Source of the DNA: Chrysomallon squamiferum
Taxonomy: Eukaryota > Animalia > Mollusca
Direction: 5' to 3'
DNA length: 64,000 nucleotides
Assembly (NCBI GenBank): GCA_012295275.1
Contig: CM022665.1
Coordinates: forward strand, 47,430,001-47,494,000
Both the position numbers and the translations under genes were made by a program. A model generated the notes under the pieces. That model had not been told where the DNA came from, did not search any database, and saw only the letters and a list, made by a program, of their open reading frames with translations. Position 1 is the stretch's first letter. Every line of letters begins with the position of its first letter. Positions 40,583 to 53,856 of the stretch are shown one piece after another.

Positions 40583-43500
40583 ATGGCGATGGCAGACGAA
40601 GTTTTGTTTGAGTTCCTTCATATGGAACTTGTAGCGTACATACACAGATCGGCGCCTAAAAATGAAAAGGTTCAAGCACATAATGCCTAGGATATTTTAA
40701 TATCTTCAGTTTCAAAGAAATTATCAAGTTAATTTAACTGAAGGTCCACATTTAATTTGTATAACTATAAGGATGATAGTCCTAGTGATACTGATAGTAT
40801 CCTCCGTTTCGAGTTGGAAATCTTAATTCTGGTTAATAAATAATGACTAAATAGTAAATACTAAATAACGTATTGACTATTCAATACTTTAAATGAATTT
40901 GCTGAATAAAATTTAGATAAATATTTATTTTTGGTAAATATTCAATATCTGCTATAGTTTGACAAACCATATTTTGACCATAGAAAAGTTAGATGCACTG
41001 TCTTATTTTTAAAATCTGTTACTGATTGATGAATGGTTATTCACTATGAAATGAATAGTACTAATGTAATTTTTCTTCTTCTTTTTTTTTTAATAATTAT
41101 TTTAAACTCATTTCTACTGACAGCATATAACAACAATAAATATGTGATAATGTTTCAAAATAATTTTTGATATTTTATTTATTTTATTTATTATTTTATT
41201 TTTATGTCTTTGGACAAACTGAGAATCTGTTTGTCTTAACAAAGATGGGAAATGCTATTCAACTTAATTTTCACACCTGTTACACATTATTTTATTCTGT
41301 TGTAGGAAAACTGTATTGCAAAGCTCGAATCATTGGGCTACAGAGTTGGTCAGAGTCTTGTAGAAAGGTATGAAAAGTTTTTTTAAAAAGAAGTTTTAAC
41401 AAAATAATTTTTAATTCTACAACACTGTCCCACCTACCACAACCATAGGAAAGCAGACTTGCCTTCAGACAAAACCTTGAGGGAAAAACTTTTTGGACCC
41501 ATGGAGAACTTAGATCAGACATGGAAGCCTTTTTGTTAAAGCTAATGAGGTTCAACAAACAATAAATAATATAATTTTATTTGGAACAAAGCTATTAACC
41601 TTTAATGTTTTGTAAGTTGTTTTTTTTTTTTTTTTTTTTTTTTTAATTGTTTTTTGTTTGTTTTGTATTGGTCGTTACATTGTATGTAATAGATAAATGT
41701 AAATAAATATATGTGTAAATGTTATCATTTTGTAGATTTACCAAGGACTGTGCCAGGTTTAAAGATGAACTGGATATAATGAAGTTCATGTGTAAAGATT
41801 TCTGGAATGCAATTTACAAGAAACAAGTTGACAACTTGAGAACAAATCATCAGGTTTCACTTAATCCCATCATTAATAAACAACTTTTCATTATTAAATT
41901 ATTTTCATTGTTAAATTTAAAAAAATATTTATATAGTGCAAATTATTCCAAGTTTATTGCAGTTCACACTATATATCATCACTTAACATTAACTGGTTTA
42001 CATTTCAGAAAAAAATATATATTATTTTTATATTTTTATGCCCCTCCCGAAAATTAAATCTTTTGTCATATGCAAATTTAAGAAAATTTCTGAATAAAAT
42101 GTGTATATAAAATCATGAATACGCACACCTAAAATGATGTAACTGTATTTCTTTAATGCTGTAATTATTATTGGGACTACCAATTCTTTAATGAGGGCTA
42201 CCTGTGGGAAAAAAAAATAATATTAAGGCCTGTGCATCAATAAATGCCTGTAATTTTAAAATAATGATGATTTTTTTTAACCAGTTACTACAGTTAATTA
42301 GCTTCAACTACTCTGAGATATCTTGAGTGTTTCTTAAATATTTTCTTCGTTTATTTAGTGAGCATTAACTTAAGAGATATTTTATTTCAGAATGTTATGT
42401 GTTGTTAAAGATTTGTTATGAATTATGTTTCTCAGGATCTGTTACTTGTTGTAAAAAAATGATGTGTGTTGTATTTTCAGTATAAAAAATGATCTTTGTG
42501 TTGTTTTGCAATGCATGTTATTTCAGTATTTGTCCAAATAATAAAAGATTTTGTGTATATTGTTTATCAATGTGTTTTGTATGTTAAAAAAAATTATGTA
42601 TGTGTTATGTTTGATTTTTTAACAATGAATTGTTCGTTATAAAATATATAGGTGTTTTTTTTTTTTTTTTTTTTTTTTCAGGGTGTGTATGTGCTTTTAG
42701 ACAACAGATTTAAATTTCTCACTCAACTTTCTAACGGAAAACAGTACATGGAGTCAGCACCTAAGGTAACATTGAGCAACAAACAACTCAAACAGTTTTG
42801 ACTTGAAACAGCTACACATGAAATTAATTAATACTAAACATTTCTTATCTAAAATTTTGTTACTACTTAACTGGGTTTTTTTTGCTTTCAACAGTTACAC
42901 ATGAAATTAATTAATACTAAACATTTCTTATCTGATGTTTTTTTTAATTTTTTTAAGTGTTGTTGTTTTTTACTTTCAACAGCTATGCAAGAAATTAATT
43001 AATACTAAACATTTCTTATCTGACGTTTTTTTTATTACTTAAGTGGTTTTGTTTTTTACTTTCAACAGCTACACATGAAATTAATTAATACTAAACATAT
43101 ACACACACACACACATTAACTAGGAATATATATATATATATATATATGCATTCTTTTTTATTTAAACAAGAAGAAATCTAAACTTAATTAATTTGGGTTT
43201 TCAGTTTAACCATGATCATTCAAAATTTTTTTTATTTTAAACAAGACAGGAAAATATTAGATCAAATAAATACATGTATTCAGTTTAACTTTGTATGTAT
43301 GTAATTCTCAAAATTGTTTTATTTTGGTAACGGTGTTACATATCATTTTATGAATTATAAAAAGAACAAATATATATTCATGTATGTGTGTATATTTATG
43401 TATCTTTCAGTATTTGGCTTTTCCTTGTGGATTGATAAGAGGTGCACTCTCAAATCTGGGTATTAACAGTATAGTGACAGCAGACGTCAGTGCAATGCCA

Positions 43501-45145
43501 GCTTGTGAGTTTTATTTTAAAACCATTTATTAGTTGATTTTTTTCTGACCCACAGAAAACAACTCCTACCTATACCACTAGCACTCAAGAACTGTCTGTA
43601 ATACACAATGACTCCTAACTATACCACTAGCACTCGAGAACTGTCTGTAATACACACAACTCCTAACTATACCACTAGCACTCAAGAACTGTCTGTAATA
43701 CACATAACTCCTAACTATACCACTAGCACTCAAGAACTGTCTGTAATACACCATAACTCCTACCTATACCACTAGCACTCAAGAACTGTCTGTAATACAC
43801 ATAACTCCTAACTATACCACTAGCACTCAAGAACTGTCTGTAATACACCATAACTCCTAACTATACCACTAGCACTCAAGAACTGTCTGTAATACACATA
43901 ACTCCTAACTATACCACTAGCACTCAAGAACTGTTTGTAGAACACCATGACTCCAACCTATATCACTAGCACTCAAGAACTGTCTGTAGTACACCATGAC
44001 TCCTACAAACCAGTCGTTTGTTTTTGAACTGGCACAGTGGGCAACTTCAGTCTGATTGTGATCAATAAGGAAAACAGAAGAAAAGTTATTTCTGTATTAA
44101 TCAAAAATAAAATTCAGGTTACACATTCAAGCCTGGATGTAATGTGAAAATATATCACTAGCATGTGTGTGTTTGCGTGAATGAGTGAGTGCATGCACAC
44201 ACTAACACTCTCATACACACATACACACACACACACACACAGAGAAGCAAAAACTACACATACAAATTTTAGTTACTGTTTTTATTTCATGTTTTTGTGT
44301 TAAAGTATTTTATCAAGATTTACTAAAAATTATGCATGTGAAGTATTTAAATAATTTTATTCCATTTAATTGACAATAAAAGCCCTCCAAAAAAACCCAC
44401 CTTAATAATTATTTCGTAATATATGTCAATAGTTTTGATACATATATTGCTGTGTCATTGACCTAAATTGATTAATTTGACTGAATCCTCTCCAATCAGA
44501 TTATTTCTTACACAGATAAAAAGAGAAAATAAAATGAAATAGTTTTTACTGATTTAATGAAACTGAAGAATTAGCCAGTAGTTTTATTACTGTAATTGAT
44601 AAGCAGCTGAGCAAACCAGGTCAGGGCAACGTTTTCACTCATTTCACTTTTTCATTAACAAAGATTTGATTACTTTTAAGAGGATCAGCTTTGATATTAG
44701 GTTGTGTCAATTAAGCCTATTACAACATTATTGCTGAGATGTAATAAGGGTAAAAATTGGATGAAGCAAAATATATCTTTTTTTTCTTAAATTAAATTTT
44801 CTGCCTCTTGTTTTTTGTGTTTTTTTTTCTATTCAAGTTTTTGTTAGTGTTCATTCCATATTTTTTATTTATTTATTACAAAGAACTGATAATCATTATA
44901 TTACTAAGTTTCAGTGACAGTGGGGTTGTTTTGGGGACTGTTGTTCTTTTAACAATAATAACAAATATCATTTATATCATATATATATATATAAATTCAT
45001 TTTCTTGTAGTTATTTTTTTATTTTCAGTTAGTCTTGTTTTTATAGAAATAACACTGACTTCTTTAATTGATTTTGATGTTTTTAAAAATATATATATAT
45101 ATTTTTATTTCAGGCAAGTTTCAGATTCAGATTCAAAGAGTTTGA
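40583..45145 (+). CDS. TRAPPC6B: Trafficking protein particle complex subunit 6 (Trs33 family); join(40583..40669,41306..41367,41736..41853,42682..42765,43411..43504,45114..45145), 158 aa (156 aa if the ATG at 40589 is used)
   Basis: Six GT-AG exons total 477 nt in frame. MADEVLFEFLHMELV...KLESLGYRVGQSLVERFTKDCARFKDELDIMKFMCKDFW...KKQVDNLRTNHQGVYVLLDN...YLAFPCGLIRGALSNLGI...MPACKFQIQIQRV closely matches recalled vertebrate TRAPPC6B. Confidence 0.96.
42808..43098. repeat. Tandem repeat in TRAPPC6 intron 4, ~85-bp unit x4
   Basis: ACAGCTACACATGAAATTAATTAATACTAAACATTTCTTATCT core recurs four times, the last copy partial. Confidence 0.88.
43562..44006. repeat. Minisatellite in TRAPPC6 intron 5, ~48-bp unit x ~9
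   Basis: ACTCCTAACTATACCACTAGCACTCAAGAACTGTCTGTAATACACATA in near-identical head-to-tail copies. Confidence 0.95.
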
Positions 45146-45829
45146 AAGGAAACGAGACTAATAATGGTTACACCTGACTGAACTTGAACTTCTCACACAA
45201 ATTATGAAGTGTGAAATTGAATATTGAACTGCAAACAGAAGACTGAAGATAACAACATTAATATTGGAGATTTCCTGTGATATGTACTTGAGTCATTTTC
45301 CAGTTAACAACACAGGCATCCAGTATCTAAAATATTTTTTTATTTATTTATTTTTTATTTGTCTTGAAAGTCAAACAAGGTAAAAATTAGTAAAATTATT
45401 TGATTTCTCTGATGATAATGTGAATTAATTTTCAATAATGTTATTTTAAAAGTCATATTCTATTTGTTTCTTCTCCTAATATAACAAGAACAGGTCCGCA
45501 GAATTGAATTTTTTCTTGTCAACAAAAAATATGTTTCATATCTCTGTGTTTTACATCAGCATTATATCTAGGTTCTAGTAATCATAAACTTTTATTATTT
45601 CTTTTTTTTTTTTTTTTTTTTCACTTTATTTTTAGTGACTGGTATCTTTAATTATGAAGTAACAAGATTTGAAATTTTCTGGAAAAATGTTATTTACAAA
45701 TCTGTTATTTACAAAAATGTTATTTACAAATCTGTTACATTAACCACTGATCATTTTGTATTTACATCTGTGAATGTAATTCATTAAACTAAGAAATATT
45801 TATGTATATAATATTTATTATCATGTCCT

Positions 45830-45835
45830 AATAAA
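45830..45835 (+). terminator. Candidate TRAPPC6 polyadenylation signal
   Basis: AATAAA ~685 nt after the stop codon, followed by T-rich sequence. The AT-rich background lowers specificity. Confidence 0.4.
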
Positions 45836-46152
45836 TTGTACATAACAAAAAAGTATTTTTATTTTGAGTATATTTCGCATATATAAACATCTACATATAT
45901 TATTATATTTGAATACTTTATCATATTCTATAATATTTAAATTTATTGTTTATAATGTTATAAAAGCTAGTCTTTAGATAACATTGTTAATTCAGTTTAA
46001 ATATTTTATTTATCATTTTAAAAATATTACATTTATTTATTATAATAATAATAATGATGATAAAACCAAAAGATGAAAGAATTGTACTTAGCACCATCTC
46101 TATTACACTGACAGTTACTAGCTTTAAAGTTGTTATTGTTATTGTTATTATT

Positions 46153-46198
<46 letters not shown>

Positions 46199-46672
46199 GT
46201 TACTAGTAGTAGTAGTAGTAGTAGTAGTAGCATTATTTAAATTTATATATTTAAATCATGTTTCATAATTTATCAATCTTAATTTTTTTTTATTACATAC
46301 CACTAAAACATTAAATAGTCTTACATAAATACTTGACTAATGACAAGGAAACTTGATTAAAAAAAAACCTCACAGAATTTTCTATCAGATATCTTAATAC
46401 TTAGATACTGTCAAAGGTGCTGTCTGTATTAAAAATATAAAATACAGTTTGTTGCTAGCTGAAGAATAACAGATTTTCAAAGAATGCCAGAAACAACGAG
46501 TAATACAAGTATTTTAAAACTTATTGTCAAACACTGCCAGTACTGATAAAAAAGAAAAAGGGTTAGAGAAAGGAAGATCTTTTTGTCGAAATGATTTCTC
46601 AATCATGTAAACTATTTCTGAAATTTTCCATTTTACCTCTTGCAAGTTAATCAAGTAGAGTTTTTGAGGATT

Positions 46673-46811
46673 AAAAGTAGTATTAATTTTCAAAAAACAT
46701 TTCTTATAGTATTTTGTACCAAATCAGTTCAGAATTAATCTAAAAAGTAGTATTAATTTTCAAAAAACATTTCTTATAGTATTTTGTACCAAATCAGTTC
46801 AGAATTAATCT
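46673..46811. repeat. Near-perfect 70-bp tandem duplication
   Basis: AAAAGTAGTATTAATTTTCAAAAAACATTTCTTATAGTATTTTGTACCAAATCAGTTCAGAATTAATCT at 46673 and 46743. Confidence 0.92.
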
Positions 46812-47579
46812 GCATATGTGTCACATATGTTTTGAACAAAATACTGTCATTATGTCGCTGTTTAATTTGTTTTTAATTTCTGTTACAATTTTTGTGATTT
46901 TAAAATGAAGGATTAGAGCTTAACGAAGAACACAAATGACTTTCTTCGCGTTTCAGTGTAAACTGAAAATGTTTTATTTTATTCCGATTCAAACACACAG
47001 AATTTTTGAAATAAGGTTTTATCTGAAAGAAATTTTCACAAAAACGGAGAAGAATAATTTTTCGATTTTCTAAACATCTCGAAATTAAGAGTTCAGATGA
47101 AAAAACATGAGAAGTAATTGGCAAGAACTGTACAAAAGACATCGGATAATAATTTCTTTCAGTTTTCTTATTAAAATGATCTCTAATATCTACCATATCA
47201 AATTTTTGTAACATTTGTTGTATAATCCTTGAAATTACATACAGTGTCTTTTCATTTCAAATAAATTAGGAGTTTCCAATGCCCTGACAACACAAATAAA
47301 CATGAACTGTGAAAATTTTCTCATGAACTAAGATAAAAATTTTAAAGTAAACAGACTATCTGTCTGGTATATTCATCTGTTTGTGCTTCTGTGTTTCACC
47401 ATCTTTTGGTTTCAGTTGACATTTGTCATATTTCAGTAAATTTTACATTTGTTTATGATAAGATTATGACGATCAAGTATTTTGTTGAGGTATGGTGAAA
47501 AAAGAAAAAAGAACAATATTTGTGTGTATCTTGTCTTTTTTCTTTATTATTTTTCTTGATTTCTTTATTTCTTTATTAA

Positions 47580-47637
<58 letters not shown>

Positions 47638-48560
47638 ATTATTATTATTATTATTAATTTTATTATTATTATTATTATTATTATTTTATTATTATCTGTT
47701 TGTTTTGTAAGTCTACCAGGGTGATCTTATCCAGTATTTGTTGTCAGTTAGCACTGTCTTGTTATCCTCAGTTATTTTGTATGTTTATTGTCAATGGTTT
47801 ACTTACTTCAGTGTTTCTATAATGGCACTTAACAAATAGTCTTTTAATACTTTCACACAACTGTCATGTTATATGATACCAGTCTTTGCTCATGTCAGTG
47901 TAAAATGTTTCACAGCTTTTCATCATTTTCATACTAGGCTCTGATTTGTGCTGCACTGTTTATGAGAAGGTATGTTTAAAATTGTCACTTGCTGCTAATC
48001 AGGAAGAGAAGTCATCAAGAAATACTCAGTATATAATAATATTAAATATCAGTTAACTCTCATTTTCTCTTATCTCTTTTTCAGTTCAAATATACTGTTG
48101 TTGCTAATACCCCTGGTCCTGCCTTCAAAGGTTTTAACTCTGTCCATAAAAACCTCCCAAAAATAAATCATCAACCAAAAATCTCTACAAAAAAAGAATA
48201 AAAAAATCAAATACACCTGTGCAGTAAAATAAAAATAAAAACCAGTAGACTTATGCTTACACAAACCATAATCTGAAATATTTGTAAATTTTAAATTTTA
48301 TTATCATCATTATTATTATCATCATCATCGTCAGCTATCATCATCATCATCATTATTATACATCTTTATAAGTAACATACTCTTAAAAAAACAAAAGAAA
48401 TTTATTTCGTATTTTATCTTAACATTTCACCACTAATTAACCTCACTCATTGCATTTCACAAGTTAACCGTTTAAACTTTATTTGAATCTTTACAATTAC
48501 ATTTATTCTACTGTTTGTAAGTCAGATTAAACTAAGAAATGCTTCTTTTTATTATTATTT

Positions 48561-48598
<38 letters not shown>

Positions 48599-49725
48599 AC
48601 CAGAGCTGCTCTATCTTGTTACAAACACACATAAAAACACAACTCTGACATAAAAGATTAAATGTGTCTAACGCGTGGACAGAATTATCAAAATTCGTTT
48701 AATGTTCGTCGTTAAATGGATAGCGTGATAAACTTCATCTATTACTTTAGTAGTCTCGTTAAACAGAGATGTCATTGACCAGCATCCGATCGTAGAAAAT
48801 GCATCAATGGCTCTAATGACGTCATCAAATACTAATTTCATTTTGAAAATCGCCGGGAACTTTAGTTTGAAATGAAATTCTGCGTAACCATTCTTATGAA
48901 CAATAGTTAATTTTGCTTACTCGCGAAATGTATAATTTTTTTTTTTTTTTTTCCATTCTATTCTACTAACAGATAATGTGTTATGTACACCGAACTGCAA
49001 GAAGAAGAAAATGGACGCACTATAAGATGACCTATTTATCAAATAACGAATCCATTATCTTCATATTAGTTGTAAAAAACCAGTAAAGAACAAAAGAGAT
49101 ATACAGACACAAATTTATGATAAATACCTCAGTAACAATACCGTGAAATCCCTTGTGACCGCCATAACTATACCTGATTGAAATAACAGACAAATAATGT
49201 TAATTTAACAACAACATCTTACATTTTGTTACTAAAAATAGTTAAAAGCAGAGGGCAGTGTTCCGGTAGAAGTGTCAGTTGACCTAATTTCAAAAAATAT
49301 GCAAATCGAAGATTAAATGGAGCGTTGTTTCAGGAACATTGTTGTGGAAGTGCTAGTGCGGAGATAATTGATTTAATACACAAAACCTTATTGCTATGTT
49401 AATTAGGGGTCATTTATTTTTTTCCTTTTATTGCTATTGTTATTTTATTTAATTTTATTAATGGGATTTTTAGAAAAAATAAAAATAGAATTGTTTCAGG
49501 GATCCTATTTTGAAACTGCTAGATCGAAGGAATTGATTTCATATAAAATTTTATTATTATTTGTTATTTATTTATTTATTTATTTATGGAACATTTATTA
49601 GCAACTGCAACGTTAATACTTACAGATCAAAGATTCTTCTTAAAAGAGAAAACGACATGACATTTGATAAACTAATGTCAAGGACTACTGGAATGGGAAA
49701 TATCATCATAATCATCATCATCGTA

Positions 49726-49770
<45 letters not shown>

Positions 49771-50029
49771 TTTGCAGGGAAGTGTTAATTAAACATCTAC
49801 TCGTTTTATTTATTTTTATTAATTAACTCGCATTGGTTCCAGCCGACTTGAGACGGTTCCAGTATTAGTTGCCAATCAGCCGTGTCAGATCTGTTAATTA
49901 TCTCACTGAAGCCTGCCGGTCACGGCGTGTTTGTTGTTTCACACTAGATGGTGGTTTACCGCAACAGAAGACCGTAGACTGTACATGAATAGTGTAAATA
50001 ATAAGTGAAACAAAGAGAGAAAACAGGCT

Positions 50030-50115
<86 letters not shown>

Positions 50116-51319
50116 TATGCCGAAAGAATGGGAGCTACTGATGCATAAATTGAATTAATACAATGATTTTTTTTGAAAAATGTAAACGTATTAAAGTACG
50201 TGTGTTTAAAATAACTTTCTAATAGAACTCGATATTTAACAAGTTAATGGTGTGAGTCAGTACCTTTTTCAAGTTTTTAAACTCGGCTTTAAGAAACGCA
50301 ATTACTGTGTCATAATTACAGCTAAAAAAAAAAAAAAAAAAAAAAAGAAAGAAAGAAAGGAAAAATCAATCGTCACAAAGGAAATAAAATAAAATTGTCC
50401 TTGTGAAAGTTCAAATACAACTGTCAAATTAATCAAATCAAATCAAATAATCACACCTAAAACCGCTCAAAGACCAAAAAAATAATTAATAATAACAACA
50501 ACAAAAAGCAAAAAGCGAAAGAGAGAGAGAGAGAGAAAAAAAACATCTTTCTAGTACATCCAGACTAACTGTGGTCACGAAGAGTACGAAATTAACGACA
50601 GAATTACGCGGCAATTTTTTATATATATAAATATTATTATTTTTAACCTTGAAAAAGATTTTTTATTATTATTATTATTTTACGCTAGGAAGTAAATTCT
50701 CTAAAGGATTTGGTGATAGAAGTGAATTAATGCCTGACACTTAGAACGGAATACATTTAAAAAATAAAATAAAAAATAAAAATCTCAATGTATTGTCGAT
50801 TAATCGAAAACACTTTCTTAACATGCTTTCACCGGAAGCTGATCTTTTCACTTCCGGAGGTAAATGGCAAACATGTAATCGTGAAATAATCATTACAGTT
50901 TTTAATTTTTTTATATTTTATTGAAAAGCAGTTGTAATATCAGCAGCAACATTAAAAGCATATTAAAATCACTACGTAATAACAAAATAATATATCTGTG
51001 GAAGTAACTGGCGTTTTTTTTGGGTTGGGGTATTATTATTATTATTTTGTTATTGTTGTTGTTGTTTTTTGTTGTTGTAGTTGTTGTTTTCGTTCTTTGC
51101 ATCACTTTGCCATGCGAATTTCTGTAATTAATTTAATATTTTGAAGTTTCTTTTTTTTTTTTTTTTTCATTTCCGTACGGAAAAAGTGAAAAACATAAAA
51201 ACAAACAAAACCTAATTTAATTTCTCTGTGGGTGTGCTGAACAGATGGTATTTATAATTAAATTATTTCAGATTTTTTGTCCCTTAACCTTCACTTGTTT
51301 ATTTTCATTCCAAAGTACG

Positions 51320-51425
<106 letters not shown>

Positions 51426-53856
51426 AATTTTTTGTTTATCTTCAACTGTTCGTTCATTCATTAATTCATATATATATATATATACTGTCTTTCTGTCCAT
51501 CCATCAGTACATCTATTTAGTAACTATTTTTTTTTTTTTTTTTTTTTTTTTTGTATTGTGTTATTTGTGTTTATTATAATCTCTTTATTTCTCCAACGTT
51601 GCTATCAGTCACAGTTTACTATAATAATTTTACTACAAACCCGCAGAGATTAGATTGTTTTAACATTTATATTTTGTTATGTTTTGTACTTGCGACATTA
51701 AATAGAAATGTTGAAAAAAAAAAACGAAGAAAAAAAACAACCAAAAAACAAATTAAAATCGCTGGTACGAAATTTCTTTCTTTCTTTCTTTTTTTCTAAT
51801 AATATTATGTACCTGACAAAGAAAAAACGAGACAGCCACAAACAGGCAATCTCCTTGAATCACCAGGGACTTATTCTATTACTAACTTTATTATTAGCAA
51901 ACAATGATCGCCACAGTAAAACATGTCACAGGCATTTAAAATACATTAATAATATTCACGTGGCCACAAATACGCTTTGAGAAATAAACAAATGCATAAT
52001 TCCAGGCAAACAAACAAAATGTACTTAGGTGATTTCTTAGCAACAAGAAACAACAAGACAGCAAAATGGATACAATTAACAACAAACAAAAGAACCGCAT
52101 TTAAATTAATATTCTTGTATTTGAGCTATTTTTAGTTTTATATATGGCTATATCAATGTAGGTACAAAATAAATAAAATGAGAAACAGTTCGTTTAAGGT
52201 TTTGAAAATATATATATCACACATACACACACAAGTGAATGATGATGATGATAAGAATAATAATAATAATAATAATAATTTTAACAATAATAATAATAAT
52301 AATAATAACAATAATAACGAAGATGTTGATAACACAGTATATATATAAAAAATAAATAAAATAAAATAAATATAAAATAAATATAAAAATAATAATAAAA
52401 ATCGAATCATATGAAATGAAATGAAAACAAATCAAATTAAATCAAATTAAATAACAAAATATATAAATAAATATCACCAGACATCAGTACGAAATATATT
52501 ACCATATTTAAGAAATTCATGATATTATCAATATGAAAAATATTACCAAACACGAGGTAAATTATGTAGCTTCCAGTATGAAAAATATTATCAGTTATAA
52601 TACTATTGGTATGAAAAATATCAGACAAGAGTATGTTGTTATATTACCAATATGAAAAATATTACCATACTTTGATGATATTATCAGTATAAAAAAATAT
52701 TGCCAGATGTAGGTAAATTATAATTTTATCAGTATTAAAAATATATTACCATACTTAGGGTAAGCAATGACATTACCAGTATGAATATTTATTTATAATC
52801 AGACGTGAGGTAAATTATTTTCTGTTAGGAAATGAGTAGATGTATGACTTCAGTTATGTAAATACATTTTTACATTTATATTGTACTGGATTACCATTTC
52901 TATGAGAAAATATCACATACATGAATAAAAAATAAAATATATTGCCTATAGAATTACAATAGAACTGGAATTATTTTATTTGATGTTGGAATTTGTAAAT
53001 TTGAATTATCTAAACGGAATTGGTATCCTGTTTTATTAGTAGTAATAGTAGTACTAGTAGAAGTAGTAGTTGTTGTTGTTGTTGTATCAGCACTTGTAGT
53101 AGTAATAGTTGCAGTAGTATCAGAACTAGTAGTAGTAGTAGTGGTAGTACTGTTATTGCTATTGTTGTTGCTGTTATTGTTGAGTATATTGATGTTGTTG
53201 CTACTATTGTGATTGACTGCGTTATCACGTGACGATTTTAGCTTTTTCTTATCAATAATAAAAATGATTTGAAACAATGATTTGTCACTTTGTGTGTTCA
53301 AACCATAAACAAGTTATTACTAGAACATTGACATGAAATAAAACAAAATTTCACCAATAAATAATGTTCGTTTTCTTTCGTTTCGAAATTCTATGAAGTA
53401 CTGGTGAATTATTTTGTTATTATATATATATTTTTTTATTTAATTATTTTTTTTTTATTATTATTATCGTTTTATTTTTTTATTTTTTTATTTTTTATTT
53501 TTATTTTGCAGTCACATACGCTGAAAGTGCAGATTTAGAAGTACTGTTTGAGTTGTATTTCACACTCAAGGTTCAAGTACAACAATTGTGGAGAAAGAGT
53601 TTTCAGATGACGTCAGTTCGTAACAATTATTGTTTTCTTAGTACTTCACCGTAAAACATTTGTTTAACACGTGACTTACTGTATTCCCGATGGTTGACAT
53701 TCGTGTTTGTGGTTGCGTGTTTTTCGTGATGCTACGCTGACACACTGTTCATCACGTGACTTACTTTCTTTTTCTTTTTTTCCTGAAGAGCTAATGGTTG
53801 ATTGTGACTGTTCTGGTTGCGTGTTTGTTCGTGATGATGCCTTTTCATCACGTGAC

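Noticed and set aside
40670-41860. Weak TRAPPC6 donors (GTTCAA at 40670, GTTTCA at 41854) as possible U12 or mis-called sites
   Set aside because: They lack the U12 GTATCCT consensus, and protein homology and phase fix them as ordinary weak GT donors preceded by AAG or CAG.
43562-44006. Regular ~48-bp array (also 178-545) resembling a CRISPR array
   Set aside because: Units are head-to-tail with no unique spacers, there are no cas genes, and the context is a eukaryotic intron.
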